A stretch of 64,000 bases of DNA from a virus. The stretch covers positions 28,053 to 92,052 of IMG/VR virus record IMGVR_UViG_3300027833_001310; one strand, 5' to 3'. Both the position numbers and the translations under genes were made by a program. Within the stretch, counting starts at the first letter, position 1; each line of letters begins with the position of its first letter. This document shows positions 36,248 to 46,311 of this stretch, in pieces. A model generated the notes under the pieces. The model worked only from the letters and a program-made list of their open reading frames with translations, was not told where the DNA came from and ran no database searches.

Positions 36248-39112
36248 TTATATGCCTGCTAAACTTTTCATTTCTTGTAAAGACACAGATTCTTCTAATA
36301 CATTTAGTTCTTTTAATGGAAACAACATTACATTACTTTCCGTTACAGAAGCTCTATATCCTAAATCTTCCCAACTAAGGTTTGCATATTCAAGTATCTT
36401 ACACAAATGCTCATATGCTTCTGTTCTCATACCTCTTGCTATTTTAACAAGATGCGTGTATAATTCTTTATTGTTTTTCATGAATTCTGGATTTCTTTTT
36501 AACACTGGTGCAACTGCACTTGCATATTGCGAAATCTCTTTAGGATCTCCGCCTGCTTTTAACTTAGTTGATAAAAGTTCGACCATGCCTTTTGCGGATT
36601 CAACATCTCCTGTTGATATAACTTTTTGTTGGTAAGCACCTAACTGCCTATGAGATTGTGGACTTAGTGACTTAACATCTGGCTGTTGTTGAGCATCTGC
36701 ACTTGCCGCTGGTTGTTCACCTGCTTGTGGCTGTGCTGGCTGTGCCGGTTGTCCTGGCTGTGCTGGTTGCTCTGGTGTTCCTGGTTCCTCTGGAGTTCCT
36801 GGTTCTGCTTGCTTACCACCTCCTGACTTACCAAACATTCCGCCAATTGCTGCTCCAGCCATACCTGCTAATTTTTTTCCAGTACTTGCATTAGGATCTG
36901 ATCGTGTTGCTTGAGCTAAACCTGGTGTTTTGCCGCTTATATAATCTTTTGCTCTACCTATAATGCCTTTCTTTAATGGTGTACCGTCACCGTTTCTGCC
37001 ATACTGTTTCATTAACTCTTGTTGCATTGCACCTGATGCAGGTCTACCCATTTCATCTTTCCAACCTGTGCCGTCAAATGTAAATTTAATTTTATTAACT
37101 GTGGCTGTCTTTCCTGCTTTCAATTCTGGTAAGTTTGAATCGTCTGCTGGCTCTTCTTCTCCGTCTGCTGGTGCTGGTGTTGCTCCACCTTTTGCTTGTT
37201 GAACACCTTGTTGTATAGCACCCTGTCCACCTGCAGAACCGCCTGCAGCACCGCTTGTAGTGCCCTGTGCGCCTGTTTGTGGTTCACCTGGGGTACTTGC
37301 ACCCTGAGGAGCAATTGGTGCGCCTGTAGCGTCATCTTTTCCGTCTTGGTTAGCATCTGCTTGTGGTTGTTCTTGCCCTGCTTGTGGTTGTTCACCACCT
37401 GCTTGTGGTTGTTCTTCTGGTTCTGGCTTTGCTGTAGGTGCAGTTGGTGCTGGTAACTCAGGTCCTGCTGTTGCAATATCCTCTGGTTCCATACCACCCT
37501 GTGCTAATATGTTTGCAATTGATTGAGAATCTGTTGGCTTCTTAGCCTTGTTCCATAATGCTGTAAGTTTTTTAACAGTAATGCTATTACCTAACTCTTT
37601 GCCTGTTTCTTTTGCTTTGCCTACTAATGCTCCACCTACTTTCTTAGCGGCTCCACCAACTACTGCGGCTGCTTTTGCAGCTCCACGTTTAATGTCTGCC
37701 ATTCCAATTTCATTTACTAGTTGTTGTTCTGCTTCATTTAGTGGTATGCCGGATAAGTGCTTAGTGTAAAGTAAATTGTAATCAATACTTTCTGCTTTAG
37801 GATTTTGTTCTGCTTCTGGTTCTGCTTTCTTTCCAGGTATTGTTGCGGCTGTTGCAGCACCTTGGCCTAATGCTGATGCTATGTCAGTAATTTTTGCCAT
37901 CTTAGCAACATCTTTTGCAGCGTCACCTGTTAAGGCTGATATTTCTGCTTGTAGTCCAGGATCTTCTAACGCTGCCTGACCTGCGTCGAAGATAGCATTA
38001 GATGCTTTTATACCTGCGTCTTTGATTTGCATTAGCATTGATTGATCAGTAGTTGCTTTAATTTGTTCAATATAGTTATATGCTTTTGCTGTTTGCTGTA
38101 CTGCTTCATCACCAAATGAATTAAACTGCGATGCTGCATCTTTTAATGCATTGTATTGTTCATACTGATCCATGGTCATTATAACATTGCCACTAAAATA
38201 ATTTCCTGTAGTACCTGTAGTCGATACAGACAAGTCTACTGAACCGTCTGGGAATGTTTGATTCCATAATTCTTTCGCTGGGCCGCCTTGTGCTATAGCT
38301 TCTCTAGTGTACTCATCTACTGTTGCATCCTGCAATGATTGAGTAGCAGTCGCTAAATCTGATTCGACACCACTAGAGAACATATCTGTTAGTTCGCTAC
38401 CTAGGAATTGAAATGCTTTACCTGCTAAGAAACCAGCAACTGCTGTCTTAGCACCTTTGCCTACTGCTGTTGAAAGTTTATCACCTGCTAGTAAATCATT
38501 ACCTAACCTTAAAACAAAACCTGCTGCGGCACCGCCTGCTGGGCCAGCACCAAATGCTGCTGCTGTTGTTAGTAGTGCTATTAAGAATTTTGTTTTACCT
38601 GGATTGTCCTTGGCTGCTTCTGCCATCTTAGCAATAGCTTTGTTAACTTTAGAATCTTTGCCACCTAGTTTAGTGTTTAAATCTAGTTTTGCTTTTTCAA
38701 ATGCTGCATCTAATCCTTTAACCGGTGCAGTATCTTGTATCATTGCTCCAAGTTCATTAACTTTAGCATTGATCTTTTTCATTACATCGGCAGCTACTTT
38801 GACGCCACCGACAACTGCTTTACCTGCGTCTTGTGCCGCAAGTCCTGCTTGTCCTAATTTTGTTTTGTACTTACCAGAGTCAACTGCAACTTTTTCTGCA
38901 TTGCCGAAGATTGATGTAATCTGATCTGCTGTGAGTTCAGCTTCTGCTAAACTTTGATATTCTTCTAGTAAAGGCCAAAGTTCTTTTTCCCATCTATTAA
39001 CGTAGGCTTTAGTATCTTCGTCTAGTTGTTGCCAAACCCCTTCAGTTAAAATCTGATGACTTTTGCTTTCGTATAGGTTTAACTTGGTGTTAAGTGAATC
39101 ACGTAATATCAT
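36248..39112 (-). CDS. 954-aa putative internal virion/ejection protein
   Basis: Ala/Gly-rich hydrophobic helices, Pro/Gln linkers, many [ILV]xE sites, C-terminal LAGI. Confidence 0.6.
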   Translation of the reverse strand: MILRDSLNTKLNLYESKSHQILTEGVWQQLDEDTKAYVNRWEKELWPLLEEYQSLAEAELTADQITSIFGNAEKVAVDSGKYKTKLGQAGLAAQDAGKAVVGGVKVAADVMKKINAKVNELGAMIQDTAPVKGLDAAFEKAKLDLNTKLGGKDSKVNKAIAKMAEAAKDNPGKTKFLIALLTTAAAFGAGPAGGAAAGFVLRLGNDLLAGDKLSTAVGKGAKTAVAGFLAGKAFQFLGSELTDMFSSGVESDLATATQSLQDATVDEYTREAIAQGGPAKELWNQTFPDGSVDLSVSTTGTTGNYFSGNVIMTMDQYEQYNALKDAASQFNSFGDEAVQQTAKAYNYIEQIKATTDQSMLMQIKDAGIKASNAIFDAGQAALEDPGLQAEISALTGDAAKDVAKMAKITDIASALGQGAATAATIPGKKAEPEAEQNPKAESIDYNLLYTKHLSGIPLNEAEQQLVNEIGMADIKRGAAKAAAVVGGAAKKVGGALVGKAKETGKELGNSITVKKLTALWNKAKKPTDSQSIANILAQGGMEPEDIATAGPELPAPTAPTAKPEPEEQPQAGGEQPQAGQEQPQADANQDGKDDATGAPIAPQGASTPGEPQTGAQGTTSGAAGGSAGGQGAIQQGVQQAKGGATPAPADGEEEPADDSNLPELKAGKTATVNKIKFTFDGTGWKDEMGRPASGAMQQELMKQYGRNGDGTPLKKGIIGRAKDYISGKTPGLAQATRSDPNASTGKKLAGMAGAAIGGMFGKSGGGKQAEPGTPEEPGTPEQPAQPGQPAQPAQPQAGEQPAASADAQQQPDVKSLSPQSHRQLGAYQQKVISTGDVESAKGMVELLSTKLKAGGDPKEISQYASAVAPVLKRNPEFMKNNKELYTHLVKIARGMRTEAYEHLCKILEYANLSWEDLGYRASVTESNVMLFPLKELNVLEESVSLQEMKSLAGI

Positions 39113-39371
39113 TCGTATCTTCCCGTTGGCTCTCTTTAATTACTTTTTTAATGCCTCGGGCGAATTTGGAAGAATCTTTAGCTCTAATGCTATTGATTAT
39201 ACGATTAGTTAAATCTTTTGCCTGCGCCTCACTGTAATTTAATTCAATTCTTTCAATTAAATGTATTACACTTTCAATAAGGTGTTCGCCGCGGTTCTCA
39301 ACCACATGATTTCTATCTCTGTCGACAGAAATAAGATTTAATTCTTCTATTATGCTACGAGTCTTTCGCAC
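39099..39371 (-). CDS. hypothetical protein (90 aa)
   Basis: SD AGGAG, late promoter 39400-39407. Confidence 0.75.
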   Translation of the reverse strand: MRKTRSIIEELNLISVDRDRNHVVENRGEHLIESVIHLIERIELNYSEAQAKDLTNRIINSIRAKDSSKFARGIKKVIKESQREDTNDIT

Positions 39372-39409
39372 ATTACGCTCCTGTTAATAGGCTTAACACT
39401 ATTTATCAA

Positions 39410-40792
39410 TTAGAAGTCGTCATTCTTGCGTAAAAAGTCGACCATGTTTAATGCTTGTCCTACAGTGTCTTGTGCTTCTGGCTCTTCTGCTTTAATGCTA
39501 CTGTTTCTCTTTAATTGATCGACTAAACTGTTAGTACTCATTGTTAGTGAATCTTCATCACCCTCTTCTAAATCTTCAATTCTTAATGTATCTGTATCAA
39601 ACTTTAGATCAACTTTACTACCAACACCTGCACTACTACGAGTTTTCATAAATTGTATTTGATATCTGCCTCGTTCTCGCATAGCATTACTTGAAAATAT
39701 ACCAATAACGTTATCTGCTGTATTCACTTTACTAATACCGCCAGCAATATGGCTGTGATCATATTCTACTTCTTCTACAGCACTTCTTCCTAACTGCGAT
39801 GCTGTTGCCATTAGTATATCACGCTCTACTGCTAAGTTACGCAACTCTTCTGAAATGTATTTGTCTTTAACAAACAAGTTTTCTGCTGATATTTTAGCAC
39901 TAATGGGCATCATTAAGTCCAAGTAATCTACTAACAAGCAATCTACTTTTTCTCCACACTCAATTTCATACTCTCGTAAAAATACTCTAATGTCATTTGT
40001 GTTAATACCACTAGGCATTTGCTTAACACGAAGTTTGCCAGCACCTTTTGCTTTCATTCTCACACGAAGATCAACATCATCGATGTTTTTCATAACGTCT
40101 CTAGTACCGTAACCACTTACCATTGCGTCTAAACGCATACTAATAAGTTGTTCACTAAGCTCTAGACTAATGTAAACACAATTAAGTCCTGCTAGTACCC
40201 AATTAACTGCTAAGTTTTGCAAGAACAAACTCTTTCCGCCGCCACTTGGGGCAGCAAATATATTAATCTCGCCTCTATTCATGCCACCATATAACTTTTG
40301 ATCGACTCCTTTCCATCCACTACTAGTTGCACCTGCTTGTTGCTTGATCCACTCTAGTCTTTCTTTGGGATTTTCAAAGTAATCTAATCCTAAATCTTTC
40401 ACAAGACCTGTTTGTACTGCTTTTTTAATTTTTTCTTCTACTGTGCCATAGTCTTGATTCTCTAACAAGTCTGTGCTTTCAATAATTGCTGCTTCAAGTG
40501 CTTTATGTCTACAGAATGTTTCAAACTCACGCAAGAACCAATTGTGATGATCTGGTGTTATATTTTCAATAGGTAATAAATCAATTCCTCCCACTGCTTG
40601 TATTTGCTCTAGAGTAGGAATAGAATTAAATTCAGTGCTGTGATTTTGTAATAATTCAACTGAAGGGCGAAACTTTCTATTAAAGAATTCAGGTTCAACA
40701 ATGTTCTGACATCTTGAGAACAATGAAGGATCACTGATCAAGAACCTCAAAAACATTTCCTGTACATCTTCGTTGTAATCTTTTATATCCAT
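39410..40792 (-). CDS. replicative helicase (gp41/DnaB-like)
   Basis: APSGGGKS Walker A, SLELSE, VDYLDLM, TASQL, KTR. Confidence 0.95.
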   Translation of the reverse strand: MDIKDYNEDVQEMFLRFLISDPSLFSRCQNIVEPEFFNRKFRPSVELLQNHSTEFNSIPTLEQIQAVGGIDLLPIENITPDHHNWFLREFETFCRHKALEAAIIESTDLLENQDYGTVEEKIKKAVQTGLVKDLGLDYFENPKERLEWIKQQAGATSSGWKGVDQKLYGGMNRGEINIFAAPSGGGKSLFLQNLAVNWVLAGLNCVYISLELSEQLISMRLDAMVSGYGTRDVMKNIDDVDLRVRMKAKGAGKLRVKQMPSGINTNDIRVFLREYEIECGEKVDCLLVDYLDLMMPISAKISAENLFVKDKYISEELRNLAVERDILMATASQLGRSAVEEVEYDHSHIAGGISKVNTADNVIGIFSSNAMRERGRYQIQFMKTRSSAGVGSKVDLKFDTDTLRIEDLEEGDEDSLTMSTNSLVDQLKRNSSIKAEEPEAQDTVGQALNMVDFLRKNDDF

Positions 40793-41769
40793 TATAGCAT
40801 TCTCATCTTTACTTGTGATTTAATCTTATTATCGGTTGCATATTTAATTATACTTGCAACTGTTAAAAGTCTGCCATATCTGGCGACTGCATCTGCGGCA
40901 TCTTTAACATCAACATGCCAAGGTGGGAAACTTATTTCCCAATCTAATTCAAGTGCCTGTTCAATTAGTTCTTTACCTGCACTATCTCTGTCAGGACATA
41001 CTATAACACGTTTACCTAGTCTGTCAATCAAGTGTGCTTGTTCAGGTGTTATAGTATTACCCAGTATGCTAACACCATCTACTAGTATTGCATCAAATAC
41101 ACCTTCTGTTACAATAACTATTTCTCGTTCACTGTCAGCAAATGCATCTACATTAAACACATAGCCTGGTTGTAGTTTGTGCAAGTACTTCGGTGTTTGC
41201 TTATCAGGTGGTGCAATATGTCTTCCTGTCCATCCTACAATCTCACTGTTGTATGTAAAAGGCACAATAACTCTTTTCTTGTTTGCTATATCATTAAAAT
41301 GTAGCAAAGGATATATGCCTAACAAGCCACGTTGTCTAGCATACTCTTTTAGTGCGTTACCATCTTCCAAACTATCAATAGTTTGCACACCTTCTGGTAA
41401 TTCCACTGTGTCAAATTTGCTTAAATTGTAAACATAGTTAGTACCCTCAGACTCTTGCAAGTCATCACTGAATTTTAACATCTCTACTTGTACAGCATGT
41501 ACGTCAGCAGTAGTGGCTCCTAGTCTCATAGCTAAGTCTTTATACTTCTTACCCATGTAAGGATTAGGAGACCAACCTGTTTTGTGTCCACAGTTAAAAC
41601 AATTAAAGCTAATCTTAGCACCATTAGAAATAACACCTGCACGTTTACGATTGTCACTGCATACAGGACAATCAAATGTAACCCAGCCACTAGGTGTCTT
41701 GTTACTACGCACAGGAATATTATCTACTAATAATCTATGTACTTGTTCGACTACAGAATCCACACTCAT
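40792..41769 (-). CDS. DNA primase (gp61-like)
   Basis: CPVC/CFNC zinc finger, EGVFD and PDRD TOPRIM motifs; start at MSVDS because the first ATG abuts the -10. Confidence 0.9.
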   Translation of the reverse strand: MSVDSVVEQVHRLLVDNIPVRSNKTPSGWVTFDCPVCSDNRKRAGVISNGAKISFNCFNCGHKTGWSPNPYMGKKYKDLAMRLGATTADVHAVQVEMLKFSDDLQESEGTNYVYNLSKFDTVELPEGVQTIDSLEDGNALKEYARQRGLLGIYPLLHFNDIANKKRVIVPFTYNSEIVGWTGRHIAPPDKQTPKYLHKLQPGYVFNVDAFADSEREIVIVTEGVFDAILVDGVSILGNTITPEQAHLIDRLGKRVIVCPDRDSAGKELIEQALELDWEISFPPWHVDVKDAADAVARYGRLLTVASIIKYATDNKIKSQVKMRML

Positions 41770-41775
41770 AGGCAT

Positions 41776-41804
41776 ATTATAGCAGAGTTAAATGTCAAAG
41801 TCAA
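41776..41804 (-). promoter_or_regulatory. sigma70-type promoter
   Basis: TTGACT-17-TATAAT. Confidence 0.8.
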
Positions 41805-41811
41805 ATGTTTT

Positions 41812-42600
41812 TTAGTTTCTTACGTGAATATTGGAAATAGTGCTATCAGCATCAGCAGGATAACTTATTACTCGCACCCAATTACAATTAACTGCAAAAG
41901 TTTTATGCAATATATCCGATGTTCCTGCGATAGCAACATTACTAACTACATCAAACCAGTCAGCATGTCTATCGTCGCCTTGTGGAGTTGTTTGCATACA
42001 ACTTGCTTGTATTTTAATATTACCTGTGTAAGTTGAATGATATATTGCAACACTGTGTTGAGCATTTTTAAAGTTGCTATCCAAGTTACCAAGGAATGCA
42101 CTTGAAACAAATACATTGTTACTTGGTTCGGTCATTGTTACGTTAAACTGTGTAGGGATAGGATCCAAAACTGCCTGCTCAGATATTTCAATGTCTAATG
42201 CAACGTCATTGTTCTGGTTTGAATACACTGGGAGGTCTGTGCCTTCTGCATTAGTTCTAGTTACATATAGTCTGTATAATCCTGCGTTAATATCTTGTAA
42301 GTCGCCTTCTGTTAAATGCAATTTCACCATTCCTGCATCACTAGTTACTTCAATTCTTTTAGATAGTAAACGTTTACGAGTTGCTGGGTTCACAATGTAT
42401 GCAACAACCTCATCTGTAAATACAGGTTGTAGTTTTCTATCACGGTTTCTAATATTAAAGTTAATTGTATTAGATAATCCTTTGTGTGCTATTATTGATT
42501 TATTGTTCATTGGTTTGTTATCCACATATAAGTTGTCGGCGGTAATTACGAGATCAATTGAATCTTCGTATAAAAACAGTCTGTTATTGGCAGGATTCAT
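41812..42600 (-). CDS. putative virion structural protein (beta-sandwich)
   Basis: Late promoter 42625-42632; beta-strand pattern. Confidence 0.6.
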   Translation of the reverse strand: MNPANNRLFLYEDSIDLVITADNLYVDNKPMNNKSIIAHKGLSNTINFNIRNRDRKLQPVFTDEVVAYIVNPATRKRLLSKRIEVTSDAGMVKLHLTEGDLQDINAGLYRLYVTRTNAEGTDLPVYSNQNNDVALDIEISEQAVLDPIPTQFNVTMTEPSNNVFVSSAFLGNLDSNFKNAQHSVAIYHSTYTGNIKIQASCMQTTPQGDDRHADWFDVVSNVAIAGTSDILHKTFAVNCNWVRVISYPADADSTISNIHVRN

Positions 42601-42654
42601 ATAATATATACCTTTCTATTACAGTATTTATCTATCTGTTAGGTAAATATCGTT

Positions 42655-43026
42655 ATGCAAGAAATCGACCAAGAACAATTTCCTTTTTTAACCGGAATAA
42701 CTTACGCAAACTCTGAGTATTATGGGATAGTTGTTAACTACGATAACACCATTCTAACTATGTATGATCTGTCAAAGATGCCAGACAAAGAAACTAGAAG
42801 TTTGTTTGTTACCTTAGGGGAGACATGGTGGTGGGAATCTAATCGCATATTACCAATTGATGTATTCTTACATCATGAGATGAAACCTTTTCAAAAGTAT
42901 CTAACCACAATGGTTATGAAAGATGTAGACCATATGTTTGGACCAATGACTACTTTACAAAATATGTTAAAGAAACGTATTAAACGTAGAGGGATTCAAT
43001 TGCAAAACGTAAAACGCTTAGACTAG
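42655..43026 (+). CDS. hypothetical protein
   Basis: WWWESNR motif; GGTAAATA 5 nt upstream. Confidence 0.75.
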   Translation: MQEIDQEQFPFLTGITYANSEYYGIVVNYDNTILTMYDLSKMPDKETRSLFVTLGETWWWESNRILPIDVFLHHEMKPFQKYLTTMVMKDVDHMFGPMTTLQNMLKKRIKRRGIQLQNVKRLD

Positions 43027-43592
43027 ATTTCGCAAAGCCTATTTAGTTGTACTACAATTGCTGTAGCAAATGCAATAGCATGAGCTTTCTTAAAGTAGTA
43101 CTCACCTGTTTCAGGTTTTATCCAAACAGTCTTTTCTATCTCATCAAAACTCTTACCTAATAGATGTTTCTTGCCTGGTCTTATAATAGCAAGTATCATT
43201 GCTAGTTGCTCGATGCTTGTAGGCTTGTAGTCTTGTAGCACATTTAGATAGTTGCTTACATGATATAACTTTGATACTACTTCTCTGTGTTCTAACAACT
43301 CCCATACTGGTGTCATTGCAAGTAGTTTATTAAGATGTGCTTCGTCTACAATATCGGAATACACACTGTTATTAAGAAAGTCTACTTTGAACCAACCTTC
43401 TTGTTCTGCTTGTTTGTGATCTATTGTGCTGTAACCTTCTAATGGAAACTTAGGAATGTTTTGAAAGTAGACACCAGTATTGTGTTTGGTAAACTTACCA
43501 TCCTTTTCAATACTTGCAGGTGTATGCTTGATAAGGTCGAGAAAGTCTTCTCTATTTGCCATATCAATATCTACATCAAAATTAATCTTCAC
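43023..43592 (-). CDS. miniature DNA polymerase III alpha-like (DnaE palm) protein
   Basis: DVDID, HNTGVY, KVDFL, IIRPG, YYFKKAHA. Confidence 0.8.
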   Translation of the reverse strand: MKINFDVDIDMANREDFLDLIKHTPASIEKDGKFTKHNTGVYFQNIPKFPLEGYSTIDHKQAEQEGWFKVDFLNNSVYSDIVDEAHLNKLLAMTPVWELLEHREVVSKLYHVSNYLNVLQDYKPTSIEQLAMILAIIRPGKKHLLGKSFDEIEKTVWIKPETGEYYFKKAHAIAFATAIVVQLNRLCEI

Positions 43593-43833
43593 TGTACAAC
43601 ATACTCCATTTCATTAGTTTTTCTTTTTTAACTTTTATTCTATCTGCTATTTGTTTATCACTTACGAGGCCGCCATCACGCAAAATTTCGATCATACACA
43701 TAACATCGCCTATCTCTTCTTGTAGTTGTGTGTAGTCACTATCCTCTCCAAAACGCAACATCTTACTACATGCTTGTACTAGCTCTCCACATTCTTCCAT
43801 TGTGATTACTAACATTTCTTCTTTCTTTTTCAT
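43582..43833 (-). CDS. MazG-like nucleotide pyrophosphohydrolase
   Basis: EECGEL ... EEIGDV. Confidence 0.8.
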   Translation of the reverse strand: MKKKEEMLVITMEECGELVQACSKMLRFGEDSDYTQLQEEIGDVMCMIEILRDGGLVSDKQIADRIKVKKEKLMKWSMLYSED

Positions 43834-43834
43834 A

Positions 43835-45514
43835 TTATTCTCCGTACCAAATGCTTATTTGTCCTGACTTGTTTTCAAACACCGATAAGTCTCCACCTTG
43901 TACATGTTCTGGTAAGTTAGGTATATAGCTTCCGGCGTGGTATTGAATTAAATCTACTATACCATCACTATTCAAGTCACCTAGGAAACTTTCTTCTGTA
44001 GCAACAATACACCCATCCTCGTTGCAAAAATCTTGCTGTGGCAAGGTTGGCAATTGTCCACGTTGATGATATACTAAGTTACCTTCTTTGTCATTGATAT
44101 AAATTTGAGGTTCACCTTCTTGTGCCCAACCGCCTGAGGACCAGTAGTCCATATATCCGTCACCATTTAAATCTATAGTTTGCTTATGCACACCACCACC
44201 GTTAATATACTTTTCAGGGAATGGATTATCTAGCATTACAAGACTGTTACCTTGTAACTCAAATAATACTCTAACTGTTCCGCCCTCGAATTGTGTGTTG
44301 CAGTCATACTCTTTGTCTGCATCATACTGCTCACCATCCGGTAAACGATTCATAGCTGCAAATGCAAGTAGTAATGGATCACTGTCAGGCGTTGGCCACC
44401 AAAGTTCGAAATGGTCCCAGGACAGTCCGCCGAAGTAATGTACTCCATCAATTTCTGTAATCTCTTTACGTCCGCACCATTGGTCTATTTCTGGGTCACC
44501 CCATTCAATGCAACCTAATTCATCGCAAGTATCGTATACAAGTGTTTCTGTTACTTGTCCTTGTGTTATGTCGTATATTGAAAATCCTTGACCAACTGCA
44601 CCAATAGCATGAGTTGATGTTACAGATTTAACTTCACCAAACGTCCTATGGTCGTTAATATCAAAAGTTAAAAGATATGCATGTTGAGACATTTTGTGTT
44701 TATCAGTATCGTTGTTGTACTCGTCACTTACATCAAACCAATCTTGTCCACTGTTACGATATGCTAGTGGCATATTTTCATTTCTATAATCATTATCCCA
44801 ATAGCCAAATAGCAAGTCCCACTCGTAGTTCATGTTAGGTAATGCCGCAACGCCTTGTGCCCATAGTGGCTCACCAATGTCTACTAAGTTGTATGTATTA
44901 TTATAGTCTGCTGTAAAAACACCTTGCTGAGAGAAATGATTGGTCCAATCTTCACTTCGTTTACGTTGGTGATCATCACGTGAAACCATATATGTAATAT
45001 GTGGTAATCCAATACCACTTGTTGTATCTTCTAGCATTGTAAAGAAGCCTGCGACTCCGCCTTTCTCTCCACCAAGTTGTACGTGGTTACTGCCAAATGT
45101 GTCTATGTTGTTTACTTCATATGACCCTCTACCATCGCTAATCAATGCTAACATTGTGTTAGGTGTTGGATCATCATGTACTACATCAATACCCTGATTA
45201 GGATGATCTAAATGTCCACACATCACAAACATTAATATATCTGTGTGATTGTCGTTATTAAGATCTACTATCATAGTATGTTGTATTCTAGACAGTGTAC
45301 AAGTAGGTATTTCTAGGTTACTTACAGCATCATAGATAGTTGCATCTGGTGCACTATTGTACCTTACATCAAACGTCGGCGATGCTGGTGGTGTAGTAGT
45401 TGCTGGGGGTGGTGATTCTACAGGCAGAATGACTTCAGCGGAAGAGCCTCCTCCGCCTCCACAACCTATTAAAAATAGTGTACAAAGTAATGATGTTAAA
45501 TAATTCATGTGCAT
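43835..45514 (-). CDS. lipoprotein with FG-GAP/VCBS-like repeats
   Basis: Lipobox LIGC plus Gly/Pro linker; DLNNDNHTD, DLNGDGYMD, DLNSDGIVD. Confidence 0.75.
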   Translation of the reverse strand: MHMNYLTSLLCTLFLIGCGGGGGSSAEVILPVESPPPATTTPPASPTFDVRYNSAPDATIYDAVSNLEIPTCTLSRIQHTMIVDLNNDNHTDILMFVMCGHLDHPNQGIDVVHDDPTPNTMLALISDGRGSYEVNNIDTFGSNHVQLGGEKGGVAGFFTMLEDTTSGIGLPHITYMVSRDDHQRKRSEDWTNHFSQQGVFTADYNNTYNLVDIGEPLWAQGVAALPNMNYEWDLLFGYWDNDYRNENMPLAYRNSGQDWFDVSDEYNNDTDKHKMSQHAYLLTFDINDHRTFGEVKSVTSTHAIGAVGQGFSIYDITQGQVTETLVYDTCDELGCIEWGDPEIDQWCGRKEITEIDGVHYFGGLSWDHFELWWPTPDSDPLLLAFAAMNRLPDGEQYDADKEYDCNTQFEGGTVRVLFELQGNSLVMLDNPFPEKYINGGGVHKQTIDLNGDGYMDYWSSGGWAQEGEPQIYINDKEGNLVYHQRGQLPTLPQQDFCNEDGCIVATEESFLGDLNSDGIVDLIQYHAGSYIPNLPEHVQGGDLSVFENKSGQISIWYGE

Positions 45515-45546
45515 AATAGTCCTACCTATATGTTAATACAGTAGTT

Positions 45547-45575
45547 ATTATACAGTGGATTTGCATCAAAGTCAA
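45547..45575 (-). promoter_or_regulatory. sigma70-type promoter
   Basis: TTGACT-17-TATAAT. Confidence 0.8.
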
Positions 45576-45602
45576 GTAAAAAACTGACTTAGAAACAGTG
45601 AC

Positions 45603-46298
45603 TTATATGTCCGTACCCTTAAATTCTTCTGCCATAGGGAATATCTTAACAATAGCGTCTGCTACTGCCCATGCTAACTCCATATGCTCTAACTGTGTGC
45701 CGTTAGCACCACGTAATTCAATATAATGAATCCAACTACGCAACGTACCGTTTACATATAAACGACTTAGTGTGTTACCTTCTGGTAGTACTGCTCTGGC
45801 TTGCTCTTTTGCAATACCTTTGTTAATAGCCCAATTATAAAGTTCTTCTGTAGCTCGAATATGTTTCACCTGTTTCATATTCCACTCTTCGCGAATACGT
45901 CTTTGGTCTTCATCTAGCATATTAATTGCAATACTGTTTTGACGATTCTTAGTATCTTGCAGTCGTGCTTCACGTGGGACCATTTCTAGTTCTTTAACAG
46001 GATCAGCATAACGTTGACTAAACTCTTGGAAACTAAAACTTCTATGACGTAACAGTTGTCGTGCTATGTCTCTGGTTGTTTCTACTTCCATGCAAACACT
46101 TACCATTTCAAGTGGCGACCAGTGTTTGTGTTTCATTAGATACTTCACAAGTTTTTCGTTTGTTACTGTGTTGTTTTGATTTTCTGGATTACTTACTCTT
46201 GCACAATAAGCGACCAAATCTAACAGATCCTGCGGTACTTCGGAATTCTGAGTTCCTACTGTAGGGGTCTGACTGTAACTAATTATTTTTGCTTTCAT
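45603..46298 (-). CDS. thyX: flavin-dependent thymidylate synthase
   Basis: HWSPLE, RHRSFSFQEFSQRY, EQARAVLP. Confidence 0.97.
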   Translation of the reverse strand: MKAKIISYSQTPTVGTQNSEVPQDLLDLVAYCARVSNPENQNNTVTNEKLVKYLMKHKHWSPLEMVSVCMEVETTRDIARQLLRHRSFSFQEFSQRYADPVKELEMVPREARLQDTKNRQNSIAINMLDEDQRRIREEWNMKQVKHIRATEELYNWAINKGIAKEQARAVLPEGNTLSRLYVNGTLRSWIHYIELRGANGTQLEHMELAWAVADAIVKIFPMAEEFKGTDI

Positions 46299-46311
46299 TT
46301 CATTCCTTCGA

